The position numbers and the translations under genes are program-made. From positions 1,083,238 to 1,147,237 of the forward strand of contig CM119270.1 in the NCBI GenBank assembly GCA_051294375.1: a stretch of DNA of 64,000 nt, read 5' to 3'. The DNA is from Paraspadella gotoi. Its lineage: Eukaryota; Animalia; Chaetognatha. Below, piece by piece: positions 12,476 to 26,000 of the stretch. A model generated the notes under the pieces. The model saw only the letters and a program-made list of their open reading frames with translations, was not told the DNA's origin and searched no databases. The first letter of the stretch is position 1. Each line of letters starts with the position of its first letter.

Positions 12476-12684
12476 AAAGAAAAAAAAGAAAACAATTACT
12501 TTCTGGGATGTGTTTTGTTTGGGATTCGCAATCCGATTCGTTTCTCCGTTTATTATTATTTTTTTTTTTTTTTTGGCTAAATTTTAAAGATTTTGTAGTC
12601 TCAATTTTCATTCCGCAGCGAATCAATGTTTTGTTTACTTCGATCTCGAGACTAAAACTTAGAAAGAAAACAAAGAAAGAAAGA

Positions 12685-13945
12685 ATGAAGGAGTCCGATT
12701 CATCTGCGACGCCGACTGGTCCACCAGTTTCCGTCTTCCCACGCGCCACTTCCCTCTACCTCGACACGGGAAACGTCGTCAACTGGGATAAACTCAAGAG
12801 ACGAACGAACCTTTCGCCTTCTGACGAACTCAAGGTTTGCTACGTCAAAAGGCTCCCAATTTTGAAAAAAGGACCAAATGGTCCGGGGTCTTTTGAAAGA
12901 AAAAAGTATTTTCAAATTTTGGGTCTTTTTGAAACAACTGTTCTGCCGAATTTGGTTATAGCTTGTACAAGTTTTTACATGTGACTCTAGCAAATTGAAA
13001 AGTTTATTTAATATTTTATGACAAAGTTAGAATTAAAGGAAATTGTTTATTTTGTTAACAGACAACAAAAACAAATTGGTTGTCTTTTAAAAAAGAAACA
13101 ATTTCGCTTAATTCTAATTTCAAACGCAACGAAATGAAAAGCTCGAAATAACAAATTTTTTTTCCTAAAAGCCCCACAAATAATTTATTTTTTAATTCCC
13201 GGATCTTTCTCATAATGGGTCTTTTCGAGCAACTAAAAACCCCGTGACGAACTCTCAGATCTGCGCCGCCGATTCTCTGTCCGCCTGGCTCGCCGCCGCC
13301 GACCTCGACGCCGCCCAGACCGATCTCGTGGTCCGCTGCATCGACGAGAAGCACAACCCTGTGGTGGACAAGCGAGAGGAGCTCAAGTTCACCCTCAAGC
13401 TCTTCCTCTATCAACCGCTGAGTCCCAGCGACGCCCGCGAGGCCGTCGAGTTCGCCATGACGCAATTGGGGCTCAACTACGCGGAGATCCTCGTCGTCTC
13501 CTTTCCGGAGGATCTCGAGACGGCGTTGGCCGGCTCGGACGTCCTCCGCGTCTGGTCGGCCTTGGAAGAGCTCGTCGACGACGGGATGCTCCTCTCTCTC
13601 GGCGTCAGCGATCTCAACAAGGACAACCTGGAGGCTCTCCACGGCTTCGTCCGCGTCAAGCCTTCCGTGGATCAGATCTCGTCGACGGCCTGCTGCGTCA
13701 TCCCCGACGAACTCAAGGCTTTCGCCGCCGCCAACGACGTTCAACTTCTGATGCATTCCGATCACAAGGAATTTCTCTCGGAGGCGGAGTTGAGGAAAGT
13801 CGTGGGTTCCGTGGCTCACGAGCGGGACGGGCAAGGGTGGACCCCGGTTTGGGTCCTGCGCTATTCCTCGCTGGCCAAAGGGAGAGGGGTCATTAAGTCT
13901 AAAGGCTACACGCTCAAAGCGAAGAGAGTCATCACGTTCGAGTGA
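12685..13945 (+). CDS. GCLM: Glutamate-cysteine ligase modifier subunit. Exons 12685-12834 and 13259-13945, 278 aa.
   Basis: LYLDTGNVVNWDKLKRR, aldo-keto-reductase-like W..LEELV..G....LGVSDL, CCVIPDELKAFA....VQLL.H.D and WVLRYS....RGVIKSKGY.L.AKR. Confidence 0.93.
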
Positions 13946-14361
13946 GAGTCAGTTCGGTGTGGTCCTTAGGATTTCATTGTCGGTTAACCATTTTGCAGAA
14001 TCCTCACTTTTTTTACTCTTCGTTCCGTTTGAATCAGGTGCATTTTAATTTTTTTTTTGTTGCCTTATTTATTTTCCGAGTATTTTTACGAGCCTACATT
14101 TTGAAAAAGAGTTGCTTAATATTGTTTTATTTAAACAATGAAAACAATCTAGTTTGTTTTTATGATCACCTAGTCGGTAGCTGTGATGAAGTAATTGCAA
14201 AGGACGTCCGGTCTGTTTGAAAATCAAAAGATTTAACGATTTGTGTGTTTATATAATATATATACACTTTTACTAAGTTGCATGATTTACAGATGTCGAA
14301 ATGACGGCTTTTAAACTGGTCTAAGCAACGGAAAGTGCTGTTTCAGCCGTAAATCTATCTG

Positions 14362-14413
<52 letters not shown>

Positions 14414-14425
14414 TCTCTCTCAACA

Positions 14426-17400
14426 ATGTCGTGCCACCTCCGCACGACTGGGCGCATCCAAGGCGTCGACGACCTTCGCACTTTTTTCTTTCCTCATCTG
14501 AAGAAATCGAAGGAAGAAGAAGAAAACGCGGAGACTTGGAGCGACGCGGGTTGGGGATGGGAGGCAGAGGAGAACAAGGTGAGGGGGGCGAGGAGAACGA
14601 GGTGGGCGGTGGGCGAGGAGAACAAGGTGGGCGAGGAGAACAAGGTGGGCGGTTGACGAGGAGAACAAGGTGAGTGGGAGGCGAGGAGAACAAGGTGATT
14701 GGGAGGCGAGGAGATCAAGGTGAGTGGGAGCTGAGGAGAACAAGGTGGGCTTGGAGCGGGAACCGGAATATCCAGTCCGACTCCTGTTCTGTGAGAAGTA
14801 ATGTCAGACCGATAAAGAAATGATATTTAAGAAATAAGAATCGAACCTTTTTCACCACAATTATCTCTGTTGCCCGGCAGTATTCGCTCCATCCTCTTTA
14901 TTCTTACCCCTTTTTTGTTTCACTCTCTCAAAAATTAAAAAAAAAAATTATAGTTAATTGAAATATCAATTATTTAATTGAAAAAATTCAAGGAGAACGT
15001 AACGACGGACGCGGTGAACTCGTGGCTCCTCGACTGCCACGTGGGCGCCTCCCCATCCGGCGACCACCTCGCCGTCGGCTTCGACAACAAGCTCGTCGTT
15101 CTCCAGTCCAAGTTCACCGGCTCAACGACGACGACGACGACGATTTCGCCGTCGGGGCTCGACGACGAAAACTGCGCCTCCTTCGTCGTCGTCTTCAAGG
15201 ACGTCGTCGTGCGTCCCTCGTTGTTAAGAGACGGCGGCGTCGCTGGGTCGTCACCTCAGGAACGCGTTTCCTGCGTCGCCTGCGTCCCGATCGCCTCGAC
15301 GAGACGGTGGGGGCGTTGGAGAGAATAACGTGGATATCTATTCTATTCTATTCTATTCTATTCTATTCTATTCTATTCTAAACTTATCGTTCTGTTTTTC
15401 ATTATTATTTTTTAACTTCGAGTCATTTTATTTATGGTGGCCAGGTGATGTGTAATAAGACGAATATTCTTTGCTTACCGGTACATGTAAGCCAATGTAT
15501 TTTGTTCATAATACCTTTGAATTACCGTTCCTCGTTGACTGTATTTACTACTTAGACGTATTAAGAAAGGAATAGGTTTAGTCAACACCCTATTGCTAAC
15601 CCCCGCCCCCCCCCATTTTCAGTAGCGGCCTCTCCGGTGCCCCCGATTGGACGGTCGTCCTCGTCGGTTTCACTTCCGGTTCCATCTCCTTTTTCACCGA
15701 ATCCGGAGTCCTTCTTCTCTCACAAGTTTTTCACGAAGGCGAGAGAGTGGAGAGGATCAAGTGCTACACGGCGAACGACGGACGCGGCGGAGCGAGCACC
15801 GTGGTAGCTTTTAAGGGGGAGAGAGGGGATGGGCTTTGTCTGGGTTTAAGGGGGAGAGAGGGATGGGCTTTGTCTGGGAACCTCCTTTAATATTTCTCGA
15901 TGCCACCAAATGTTGAACGTGCTTCAAAATGTAGCGATGGTTCCGATGTCTCCTTTTTCCCTTTCCGTGTCCTTTGCTGGGATAATTTTTTTCGCAATTT
16001 GACCTCACTTAAGTTTGCTGTCATTGCCTTATTCCGTTTTCATTTTCGTTGACGTTCTCATTTGTCGGTCTTATGTCATCATCTTTACATCGTCTTTACA
16101 ATCTCTGTTCGTCAGAATCTAACAACCCTTCTTGTCCTCCTCCCCCGCCCCTCTCTATCCCCTCTCCCCCCTTCCTCTATCCCCTCTCCCCCAGCAAGAG
16201 GAACTCACCGTCCAGTATTCCGGGGGCGTCGTCGTCTCCATCGACGGCTTCGGCCTGGTCCAGACTCTCCGCGCTTGCCGCAATCAGGCGGCGGCGCTCC
16301 GCCGCTGGCGGCGCCTCCTTTCAAAGCGACGCGGCCCCACCGCCCATCGCCTACCGGAAGTGGAGTCTGAAGAGTCAGGACAACGTCGTGGATCACGTGG
16401 CCGTCGGGTTGGGAACCACCTGCGTCTTCGATCAACTGCAGACGGCCTCCGCCTTTTTGGGTACAAGATATTGTGGTGGAGTAATTTGTGGATAAGTTCA
16501 ATAATCTCATTTACATATTGTCGTGTTTAGATTAACGATTGATAATTTTTATTATCCTATTACTTTCCAGGTATAATATTGTTATTTGTCATTGGGGAAA
16601 TAATAATTTATATATTATTTATGTAATTAATCTATATTCTTAGATAATCATCATAATGATTAAAAATTGTTTATTCCATCATTAATCCACCCAAAAGGCA
16701 ACCGCCCTTTTCGTCCGAGCGCCACCGCGGCCTCGGTCTACGTGGCGACCGGCGCCGGACCCTTCGTCTCTTTCTACGCGGCGCGAGAGGGCGCCGCCCA
16801 CTCTCTCATCGCCGAAGTCTCTTCCTTCGTCTCCACGAAAATCTCATCGATGCTCAGCGGCGCCACGTCGTGGTTGGGATTCGGCGGGAAAGGTGGAGTT
16901 AAGGGAGACGCGACGGGAGGCGTCAAGGCGGCGGAAAGGTGAGGGGAAAATGGGCATGGAAAGAAGGGGAGATGTGTCCAAGGAAAGAAGGGCGGATGGG
17001 GCAAGAAAAGAAGGGGGATTGGGCAAGGAAGGAAGGGGGATTTGGGGCAAGAAAAGATGGGGGGGATTGGGCCCCAATTTGGGGGCGTTTTGTAAGTGCT
17101 TTTTCTGATGGTTCATTTGCTTGTTAAGTCTGTTAATATTTCATTTAAGTTGTGACTTAATCCTTTGAGTGTTAATTCCTTAATGTTATCCGACTTATGC
17201 CCTTTTTCCCCCATTTTCTCATTTTCCTTCATTCTCCTCTCCTCTTTTCCTCTTTTCTCTTTACCTACTCCTTCATTTTCTTCCCCTCTCCTTCCTTCTT
17301 CTCCTCCTCTCTCTTTTCTCTACCACTCTCCTTTCATTTTTCAACCCTCTGCCTCCTGCACACCTCTTTCCTTTCTGTTCCTCTCTTCCCTCCCCCCCAC

Positions 17401-20400
17401 GTCTCTCTCAGCCCCCAAAGATCGAGCCGGCGTCTCCCCTGAATATATCTCACGCTTTGCCCGACATGCGCCGCCACGGGGAGTCGATCGTATTGGCCCC
17501 GTCGGCGTCGGTGGGCGCCTCGGGTCACGGCCGCCATCTCGCGGCCACCACCGACTCCTTCGGTCGAGTCATCTTGGTCGACGTCGCGCGGAAGGTGGCC
17601 ATTAGGATCTGGAAAGGGTGGGTTCGACCGATTCCGGTCCAAAAAAAATAATATAGGCCGTCGAAATCGATCAAAGGAATCGGACCCCATTCCTTTTTTC
17701 AGGTATCGCGACGCGCAATTGGGTTTCCTTCAAGTGCAGGAAGACGAAGCCGTCACCGATCCGCGACGCCCGTCCACTCCCGGCGCCGCGACACGTAGCG
17801 CCACTTTTTTGGTCATCTACGCGCCGCGACGTGGCATCCTCGAAGTCTGGACCATGGAACAGGTTAACGAATGAATGGCTTAAGTTCATTTGCATAATGC
17901 AGTTATACGAATCTTTAAGTTGAATTGAAAAAAATGTTTTCCCTTTCTTTTTGATATTTTTGGTTTCGCCCATAATTGTATTTTCCGGTTTTGCTCGTAA
18001 TTAATTTGAAAATAATTAACATTTATAGCCATACATAGAAGCCACTATTGGATTGCTACTCCGAGTCCCATTGTTAATGACTAATTTATATTACATATTT
18101 CCTCGCGGAATTTTAATTATGAGTTCACACAGAATCTTCTTCATGAGTAACAAGACTCGTTCAATCGTTCTGTTACTATATTTTGCTTCGCGCGAAACGC
18201 GCGACTCTTCGCTTCTCTGTTAGATTTATGTAAGAGTCGTTGAGGGTCTGAGTAAGAAAGGAGGTTTTGAACTAAGAGTCTTACATCCTTCAATTAATCG
18301 CAATTCTCGGACATTTTTTTCTTTTCTCCTCTTCCCTATCTTCTTTTCTTTTCTTTTTATCGATAACCACTTTGGAAATTCGTGATTTTGACTGAAACCT
18401 AAGTCGACTTGAACCATCTCTCTCTTGACCCAGGGTCCCCGCGTCGGCGCCTTCAACGTCAACAAGTGGTGCCGCCTCCTCTATCCGGGTCACGAGATGC
18501 TCGGCGCTTACTCCTCCTCCTCCCTTCCTCGTCGTCGTCGTCGCGAGTCGTCGTCCTCGTCCTCTCGTCGTCATCGTCTCCAATTCGTCGATCCCGACGG
18601 CGCCGTCAAAACGTTGGAGGTGCCGTTCCACCTGGCGTTGACGTCTAAGAACAGCAAGCGAGCCGAAGACCTGCACTTGCTCAAGACGTTCAAGATCATG
18701 CTGAGAGGTGAGGGTTTTGGACAATGGACGAAGGTTGTTTATTTAAAAAAATCTGTCAAATCTAATAAATCTTGTTTTTCCAGATCATCGACTTCCCGCT
18801 GAATCCTCTTCTTCCTCCTCCTCTTCCTCCTCCTACCCGCCACCATCCTCTCGTCTCGACGCCGAGATCCTCGCCGTCCTCGATTCCTTGAAGAGTCACT
18901 CGGTGCGTCGCCAGGCGCTGGAACGCCTCTTGCAGACGCCATTCGTCGGCGCCGAAGCCATGAGGCGCTATTGCGGCGCAGCGCGGCGACGCGCTTATGT
19001 CGTGGACGTCGGGATTGAGACGGACGGCGCCGGCGCCGTGGAAGAAGCGACTCCGTCGCCGACCAACGACTCCGATTTGGAAGTGGACGCCCGCTTGTTG
19101 GTTCGATTCTGCGATTGGAAGACGAATCTCTTGGAGACGTATTCGAAGCTGGTGGAGAATTATGGGGAAAAGGGAGAACCGGAACCGAATGTTAAATCGG
19201 AAGAAATAAAGGAACCGGAACCGGAAGTGAAGGAAGTTAAACCGGAAGAAGTAACGGAACCGGAACCAGAACTGTCCGCCTCGGAATTTCTCGCTTCCCT
19301 CAACCTCTCAACCCATGAAGATAAAACGGCGCCGACGCTCATTCGTTTGGCGCAGAAACCGGCGCCTCCTTCGCCCGAAATATTAGCACCGGCGTCGGTA
19401 CGATTCGAAGAAGCTCCCGACACTGCCGACGCGGAAGATAAAGCTTCCCCCGCGAACGATGCTGCTGCGCCGCCGTCCGTCGCCGTCAAACGGCGCCGCC
19501 CGATTTCCGTCTGCTCTTTTCTCGCCTCGTTCCGAGTTTCGCGCGACGAAGCGACGTCGGTTGACGGAAAGGATGATGGAGAGAAGGAAGAAGGAGAGAC
19601 GGTCATTTCCTCTTCTTCCTCTTCCCAAATTTGTCTCTCGGTCGACAAGAAAGAAGGTCTCTTCGACAAAGTCGCGGATTTGTTCTTTGCTTCTGCTTTG
19701 ACCCGCGGATTGTCGTCGTCGTCGTCGTCCTTGGACGAGCTCCTCCACTCCTCGGCCATCCTCCCCGATCATCTCCTCGATCTGCTCCTCCGCTCTTGGC
19801 TCTCCCTCTCCTCCGCCGATCTCTCTCTCGACTCTCCGCGGACGAGACGCTTCGCTCGTCTGCTCGAGATCGTCACGCGTCTCAAACCGGGACTGGTGGG
19901 CGTGGTCGTCGACGCCGGAGAGTCGACGCCGTCTCCTTGGTGGACGAGAGCGCGGGACGCCTGCGCCGAGGCCGCCAACGACGCTCTCCCGGCGGCGATG
20001 ACGGCGGCCTTGATTGGGCGAGCCGTTGGGGACAGATTGACGAGCGATTCGAGGAGAAAGAAGGCGGAGGAGATGGCGGAAGGAGAAGAGGAAGAGAGGG
20101 CGGCGTCGACGGAAGATTGGATTCCTATCGATCGCGAGATGGAGGCCTGGAATCTGTTGATCAAGCGGCTCGAGGACGCGATGGCGCTCTCCATCCTTTT
20201 CTCTTTCAAACCGCCGAAGACTCGCAAGGCGGCGTTGAAAAAGGAAGGCGGCGGCGGCGGCGGCGGCGGCGTCTTCGATGACGATCCGATCCATGGACTC
20301 TCCGTCGCCGCTATTCTCGAGGCGGGTCGAGGGGGCGTGCCGGAACTGGTGGCGCGCTGGGCGGCGAGAAGACGAGTTACTGCAGCGGAGCTGCTTGGGG

Positions 20401-22758
20401 AAGACACCGCGAGGAGGAGCGGCGTCGATTCGGCCGCCGCGGTTGAAGTTGTCGACTTCGAGAGCGTCTCGACGTTGGAGGAGGCGCTGGAAAGGCTCGT
20501 CCGTCCCAGGATGCCGCAAGTAGCGCGGGCCGACGTCCTCGCCGCCAACTGCTGCTGGGAATGCGCCGTCCAATGGAACAAGGGAGTGGACGGGCACGTT
20601 CCCAAAGGGGACGAGGTGAGTTCATCTTTTTTTCTTTGTGGGTATTTTTAAGTAATTTATTAATGTACATATTTAATTTATTTTTGAAAATGATTTAGTA
20701 TTCAATAAAAGTTTTTATTTTATTTATATACTGTTTCTAAACCCACCCAGCCTCTCCACGCCTCCTTCCGGCGCTCTTTGTCCTACCTTGGCGCCATCGA
20801 AAACGCCGCTCTCGCGTCCGGCGTCGCGTCTCTTCTCTGGCACGCCTTCGCTGCCAAGAAGGTAGAGGCGTTGGCGACGACGATGGAGAAGACGAAAAAG
20901 GCGCCGAAGGAAAGACTCTGTCGTCAAGCGATGGGACCGGAAATGGACGCCAAAGCGGCGGAGGCGTGGCTCCCGTTGGCGAGGGAACTGTTGGAGATGC
21001 TGCTAGAGGCCGGAGCGGAGACGAGTTACGGAATGGCGTGGTAAGGAAATTGATCTATTTGGCATATGACGTTAATTTATTTTTAACATTACTATATCTT
21101 GTTTCCCCTCAATGTTCTCAGGGAATCGGACCCGGCCTGGCACACTCCGGAAGGTCACGCGTCTCTCGTGGAACTCGCTCTTCAGCAAAAGCCTCCCCGA
21201 CATCCCGCCGTGGCTCGCCACTCCCTCCTCCTCTTACTCATGGAAGCCTTTTTCGTCTTTCAAATCAAATCCGTCAGAATTCTCGCCGATCTGTTCGACG
21301 CCGAGGATCGAGCGGCGTTCTTTCTCGATCTCCACGTCCCCTCTGCGTCGTCGCGACACGGTGGGTCTCGAAAAGGAAAGAAAAGCGGCGCCGCGTCGAC
21401 GGGCGTCGATGGCGCCATGCAGCTGACGAGAGAGCAGCTGCTGCGCCGGATACTGTCGGCGGCCGCGGAGCATCTGCTGCGGCTGGAAAACGCCGGAACG
21501 CCGGTAAGATCGGCGGTTGGGGCGGAAATGGGAGGAGGCGACGATGAGGGGGACGGGGAAGACGATAAAACGATGCCGGTTGAACGATCGCGGAAAAGGA
21601 GATTTGAGGAAACAGATAACGACGGCAACGACAACGACGACGACAATATCGACGACAAAGACAACATTACCACTCAAAGATCCTGTCCGGCTAAAAAGAG
21701 AAAGATCGGTTTTATCGGCGCCGCCGCCGCCCACTTCGTTTACGTCAAGCAGGCCTTCAACGCCCTCTCTCTCTCCGTCTCCAAAGAATCTCGTTCGAAT
21801 CCGATTCCATCCATTTCTAATCAGGCGACGGGCGACGCCGAAATCGTCGTCGCGGCTTCATCAGGCCCACGTCTCGACCCGAGCCTGACCGCCAACCGCG
21901 CTCGCGCCTGGTTCTCGCGAGTTCTTGGCTACGGCGCCGGCGCGGATCTGGGTCGGGATCTCGGCGTCGACGCGGACATTTTGCGGCGTCATCTCGTGAT
22001 GGAATTGTATTCAAACGGGATGGACTCGCGGGCGGAAGAGACGCTGTTGACAGTCAATGACAAGAGAGAGGTCGGGGCAGAGTTGTTGATCCTCGCTGGG
22101 CAGAGAGTCGCTTGGTATCTCTACGCAGGAGACGATCCCAAGTTGGCTGCCAAACAGGTTCGTTTAGATGGAGAATCTGGGCTTAAAATACTCATTTGCA
22201 TAATTGGGGAAATGTATAAGGTTTTAAATTTTTTTCACAAAATTTGTTACAGGAAAAGTCGCTCTCATAAAATCTGATCTATAAAATTTTAAAAATTGTG
22301 GGCTTCAACAAAAGGAAAATATTTCATTTAATTTCACGATATATTAAGGGATATCATGTCCTTGATTTTCTGCTCGATGACCTAAGTTTATAAACAGAAG
22401 AAAATAACGAAGGTTAACGAAAATTTGCTTGAAGTAGACACTATTCAGTGTTGTTACTTCAACATATGCATTTTACCGTTTTTGTTTTGTGGAACCAATG
22501 CTCGGACGAAGAAAACAATATTTTCGTTCTATATTCTATTTTTGTCTTTAGTGCGACCAACTCTCCCTCCTTCCCGCCCACTTGACCAAGTGGCTCAAGA
22601 CGCTCGAGTGGCGTAAGCTCCGTCGTCCAGAGACGCCGCTGACGTCGACGGCGGTGTTGCTCGGCCGCGTCGTCGACTGCCTCGACGAAGACCTCGACCG
22701 AGATCTCTTGAAGACGGCGCTGGCTCTCGTCGACTCGGTGCAGCGGCTCGTCGACTGA
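14426..22758 (+). CDS. RAB3GAP2: Rab3 GTPase-activating protein non-catalytic subunit (about 12-13 exons)
   Basis: N-terminus MSCHL...[50 protein letters not shown]...[27 protein letters not shown] and [10 protein letters not shown]. Stop at 22756-22758. Confidence 0.93.
14566..14750 (+). repeat. Minisatellite of ~8 GAGGAGAACAAG|GTGRG units spanning the RAB3GAP2 exon-1 donor
   Basis: The units are read directly from the sequence. Confidence 0.9.
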
Positions 22759-23039
22759 AAGAGACTGAGATGTTGAAAAAGGGAGAACGTTTTTAAAGTG
22801 TCTATTATTAAATCCTTTGCTCTTTCGCCAGTTCGTGCAATTCTAGTCTCGACGCACAAAATATTATTATTCTTTTTTGTATTTTCTTTTTCTAGAAGAT
22901 AAAAATATTTTCTGTTTGGGATAAACTAGTCCCGAAAAAGACTGGCGCGTATTGGCGCTTATTAAACTTGGACCGAGGCTCTACACTTTCCACATTCCAA
23001 TTTCTTTTCTCTTTAAAACTCCCCCCGCTCGTCTCCGCC

Positions 23040-26000
23040 ATGTCCTCCTACATCGGCGGCGACCGGGCCAACCTCTCCAACCTCCGAGAGGCCCTCCGTC
23101 GAGAGCTCTTCGAGTCTCTCGACAATTGCGGCGTCGGCCCCAAAGCTCTCGTCTGGGACGAAGCCCTTCTCGGCCTCTTCGGCCTCGTCGTCGACACTTT
23201 CAAGATCCTCCAAGATCACCAAGTCGACAAGATGTTCAACTTGAAGGATCTCGTCGAGGGGCGCCTCCGCGATTCCCTCCGCGCCATCAAGAACGTCGTC
23301 TTCATCACGCGGCCGAAGCTCCGTCTCGTGGAACTCGTGGAGAAGATCGTCAAGTCGGAGGAGCGGGCGGCTGGAGTCGATCGAGAGTTCCATCTCATCT
23401 ACGTCCCTCGCATCAGCTCTCTCTGTCAAAAGAGGCTGGAGGAGCTCGGGGTGTTGGGGAGCTTCTCCGTCGTGGACGAATTCTCGATGGATTTGGTGCC
23501 GCTGGATTCGGACGTGTTGTCCATGGAGGCCGCTTCAGCCTTCAAGGAATGCTACTTGCTCAAGGACAGGACGGTCGTTTATCGCGTGGCCAAAGGTCTG
23601 ATGAAGCTGCAGGCGCTCTACGGCGTCATCCCGCTCATCACCGAGTTCAACGGGAGGGAGTCGTTGGCGGAGAATGTTTCCAACATCTTGTTCAGGATGA
23701 GGAGGGAGATGGCGGGAATGGTGAGTTGTTGCTTTTAAATTATATTTTTCATTTTCAATTTTCGAGATTTTGTATTATTTTTTTTTATTTCTCTACTTCA
23801 TTAAATGCTTAGTTCCTTTGGGGATATAGTAATTCTATTTTATTCAATTTACATTATGCGATTTGGTAAACTTTTTTTTCTGCGATTGAAAGCAGAAACG
23901 TTTTTCAGTGTCCTGATTTTATTTTTATTGTAAGAATGAACTTAGAATGCGCATTCTTACATGTTTTTCAATCCTAAAATGTGGGGAGATATAATGAGCT
24001 CAAATGATTTGTCTCGATCCACAGGAGCCGCAAATGAATCCGCAGATCGATCACCTCGTTCTCATCGATCGAGACGTCGATCCAATCACCGCTCTTCTCA
24101 CGCCCCTCACGTGAAGGTTCTCTCTCTCTGTCTGTCTGGTTTGGTTCACCCCGTTGTCTCCTTTTAATTTTCTACTCCGTTCCTTTTTAAATTAAAAAAA
24201 AAAAACTTGTGGCGAAATTATCTCTTTTTTTTATCGGGAAGTAAATGTGTCGAATAGACTTTTTTTTTCTCTCGATTATCAAATAAAAAAGTCGCTTTCG
24301 ACCTTGATCTCCCAATTGGGTTGAATAAACGAGACTATTGACGGAAAATATCGACTCATACGTCATTTTTGTTTCAAAACTACAATTAAACAAATTACGA
24401 TAAAAAAAAAACTCGACTTCAGCTACGAAGGCCTCATCGACGAGACGTTCGGCATCGCCCACAACCGCGTCAAACTTCCCCCGGAGAAGTTCGTCAAGCG
24501 GAGCGACGAGGGCGTGGCGGAGATGCCCCTAGAACCCACGACCCTCTTGCTCAGTTCGGCCGAGGAACTGTTCGCCGAACTGAGGGACAAAAACTTTCAA
24601 GCCGTCGGTCCAGTGCTCAGCAGGTTTCATGCAGGCGGAATGGAAATTTGGGAATGGAATTTATGATGGAAATTTGAGAAATTTGAATTGGGAATGGAAT
24701 TAAGTAATGGAATGGGGGAAGAATTTTGGAGATGAAATTGTGGAATGGAATTTGGGCTAAGAATGGAATGAGGAAATGAATTGGAGAATGAAATTTGGAT
24801 TGGGGGAATGTCATTTTTGAAAGAAAATTTTATAATTTGGGAATGGAATTTATTTATCATTTATTTATTTCTCCACTTATACACACAGAAAAGCCAAAGA
24901 CCTTACGCTGGACTTTCGGGACAAGGACAACGCTAAATCGGTGGCGGACCTGAAGAAGCTCGTGGCCAAACTGCCCCACATGCAGGCGGCGAAGAAAAGC
25001 CTCGCCAATCACACCTCCGTAGCGGAACTCGTCAAGGAGGTGGTCGACTCGGAGGAGTTTGGACAGACGCTCGCCACTCAGCAGACTTTTTACTGTTTGG
25101 GTATGAATGGAATTAGGTTTAAGTTTAATGAATACAAAATTTTAAAGTCAATGCGACGGAAAACAGAAAACTACACAACATTAACCGATTATTTAATTTC
25201 AAATTAAGTCTTTATCCACTCATATGAATCGTGAATCTGCAGGAAATAACTGAGGAAATGGCGACGTCGCTAACCCGTTTCCCCGTTTCCCTAGCCTACT
25301 AACAGATAACAATTGAAATGACAATATTCTTTCCGAGATTAAAATGTATTTTATCTCCCTATATTTAAAATATGAAAAACTAGTAAAAAAAAGTTGAATT
25401 GAAAAAGTACTGCTTTTATATGCAAACGAGATTAAAAAAACATTTGAGATAGATTAAAAAAAGTCGCCGTTGACATGTTTACAAGTTAATCGTGCTCCAT
25501 TTCCCTCCCTCCCCCCCCCAAAAAAAAAAAAATTAAGAAACGGACAAAGAAAACTCGTACATCCTGGACAGCATCGCCCGTCGAGAGCCTCTCGCCAAGA
25601 TCCTTCGCCTCGTCTGCCTCCAATCCGTCTGCAACGACGGCCTCCGCAAGAGCGTCTACGACATGTACAAGAAGGACATCCTCCAAGTCTACGGCTTCCA
25701 GCATCTGCTCACCCTCTCCCGGCTGGAGAAATGCGGCCTCTTCGAACCGAGCCGACTCTCCTCGGGCAAGACCTACCAGACTCTGTCCAAGATCCTCAAA
25801 TTAGTGGACGAGAACGAAGAGGCGAATCCGCAGGAGAGAGACATCAATCCCAAGGACGTCTCCTTCGTCTTCAGCATGTACGCGCCGCTCAGCGTGAGGT
25901 GAGTAAAGGGGGCTTGGGTAATTCGGGTAAGGTCTAGATTGAAGACAGTAAAAAATGTAGCTTGAGAAAATTTAATAACCTCTGGTCGAAACTGGAAAGA

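Noticed and set aside
19160-20605. Long antisense/alternate-frame ORFs (404, 278 and 199 aa) over RAB3GAP2, and similar ones over the ZnF, GCLM, MBOAT and nested genes
   Set aside because: These are shadow ORFs of GC-rich coding exons. They are low-complexity Arg/Ser/Ala-rich with no domain motifs.
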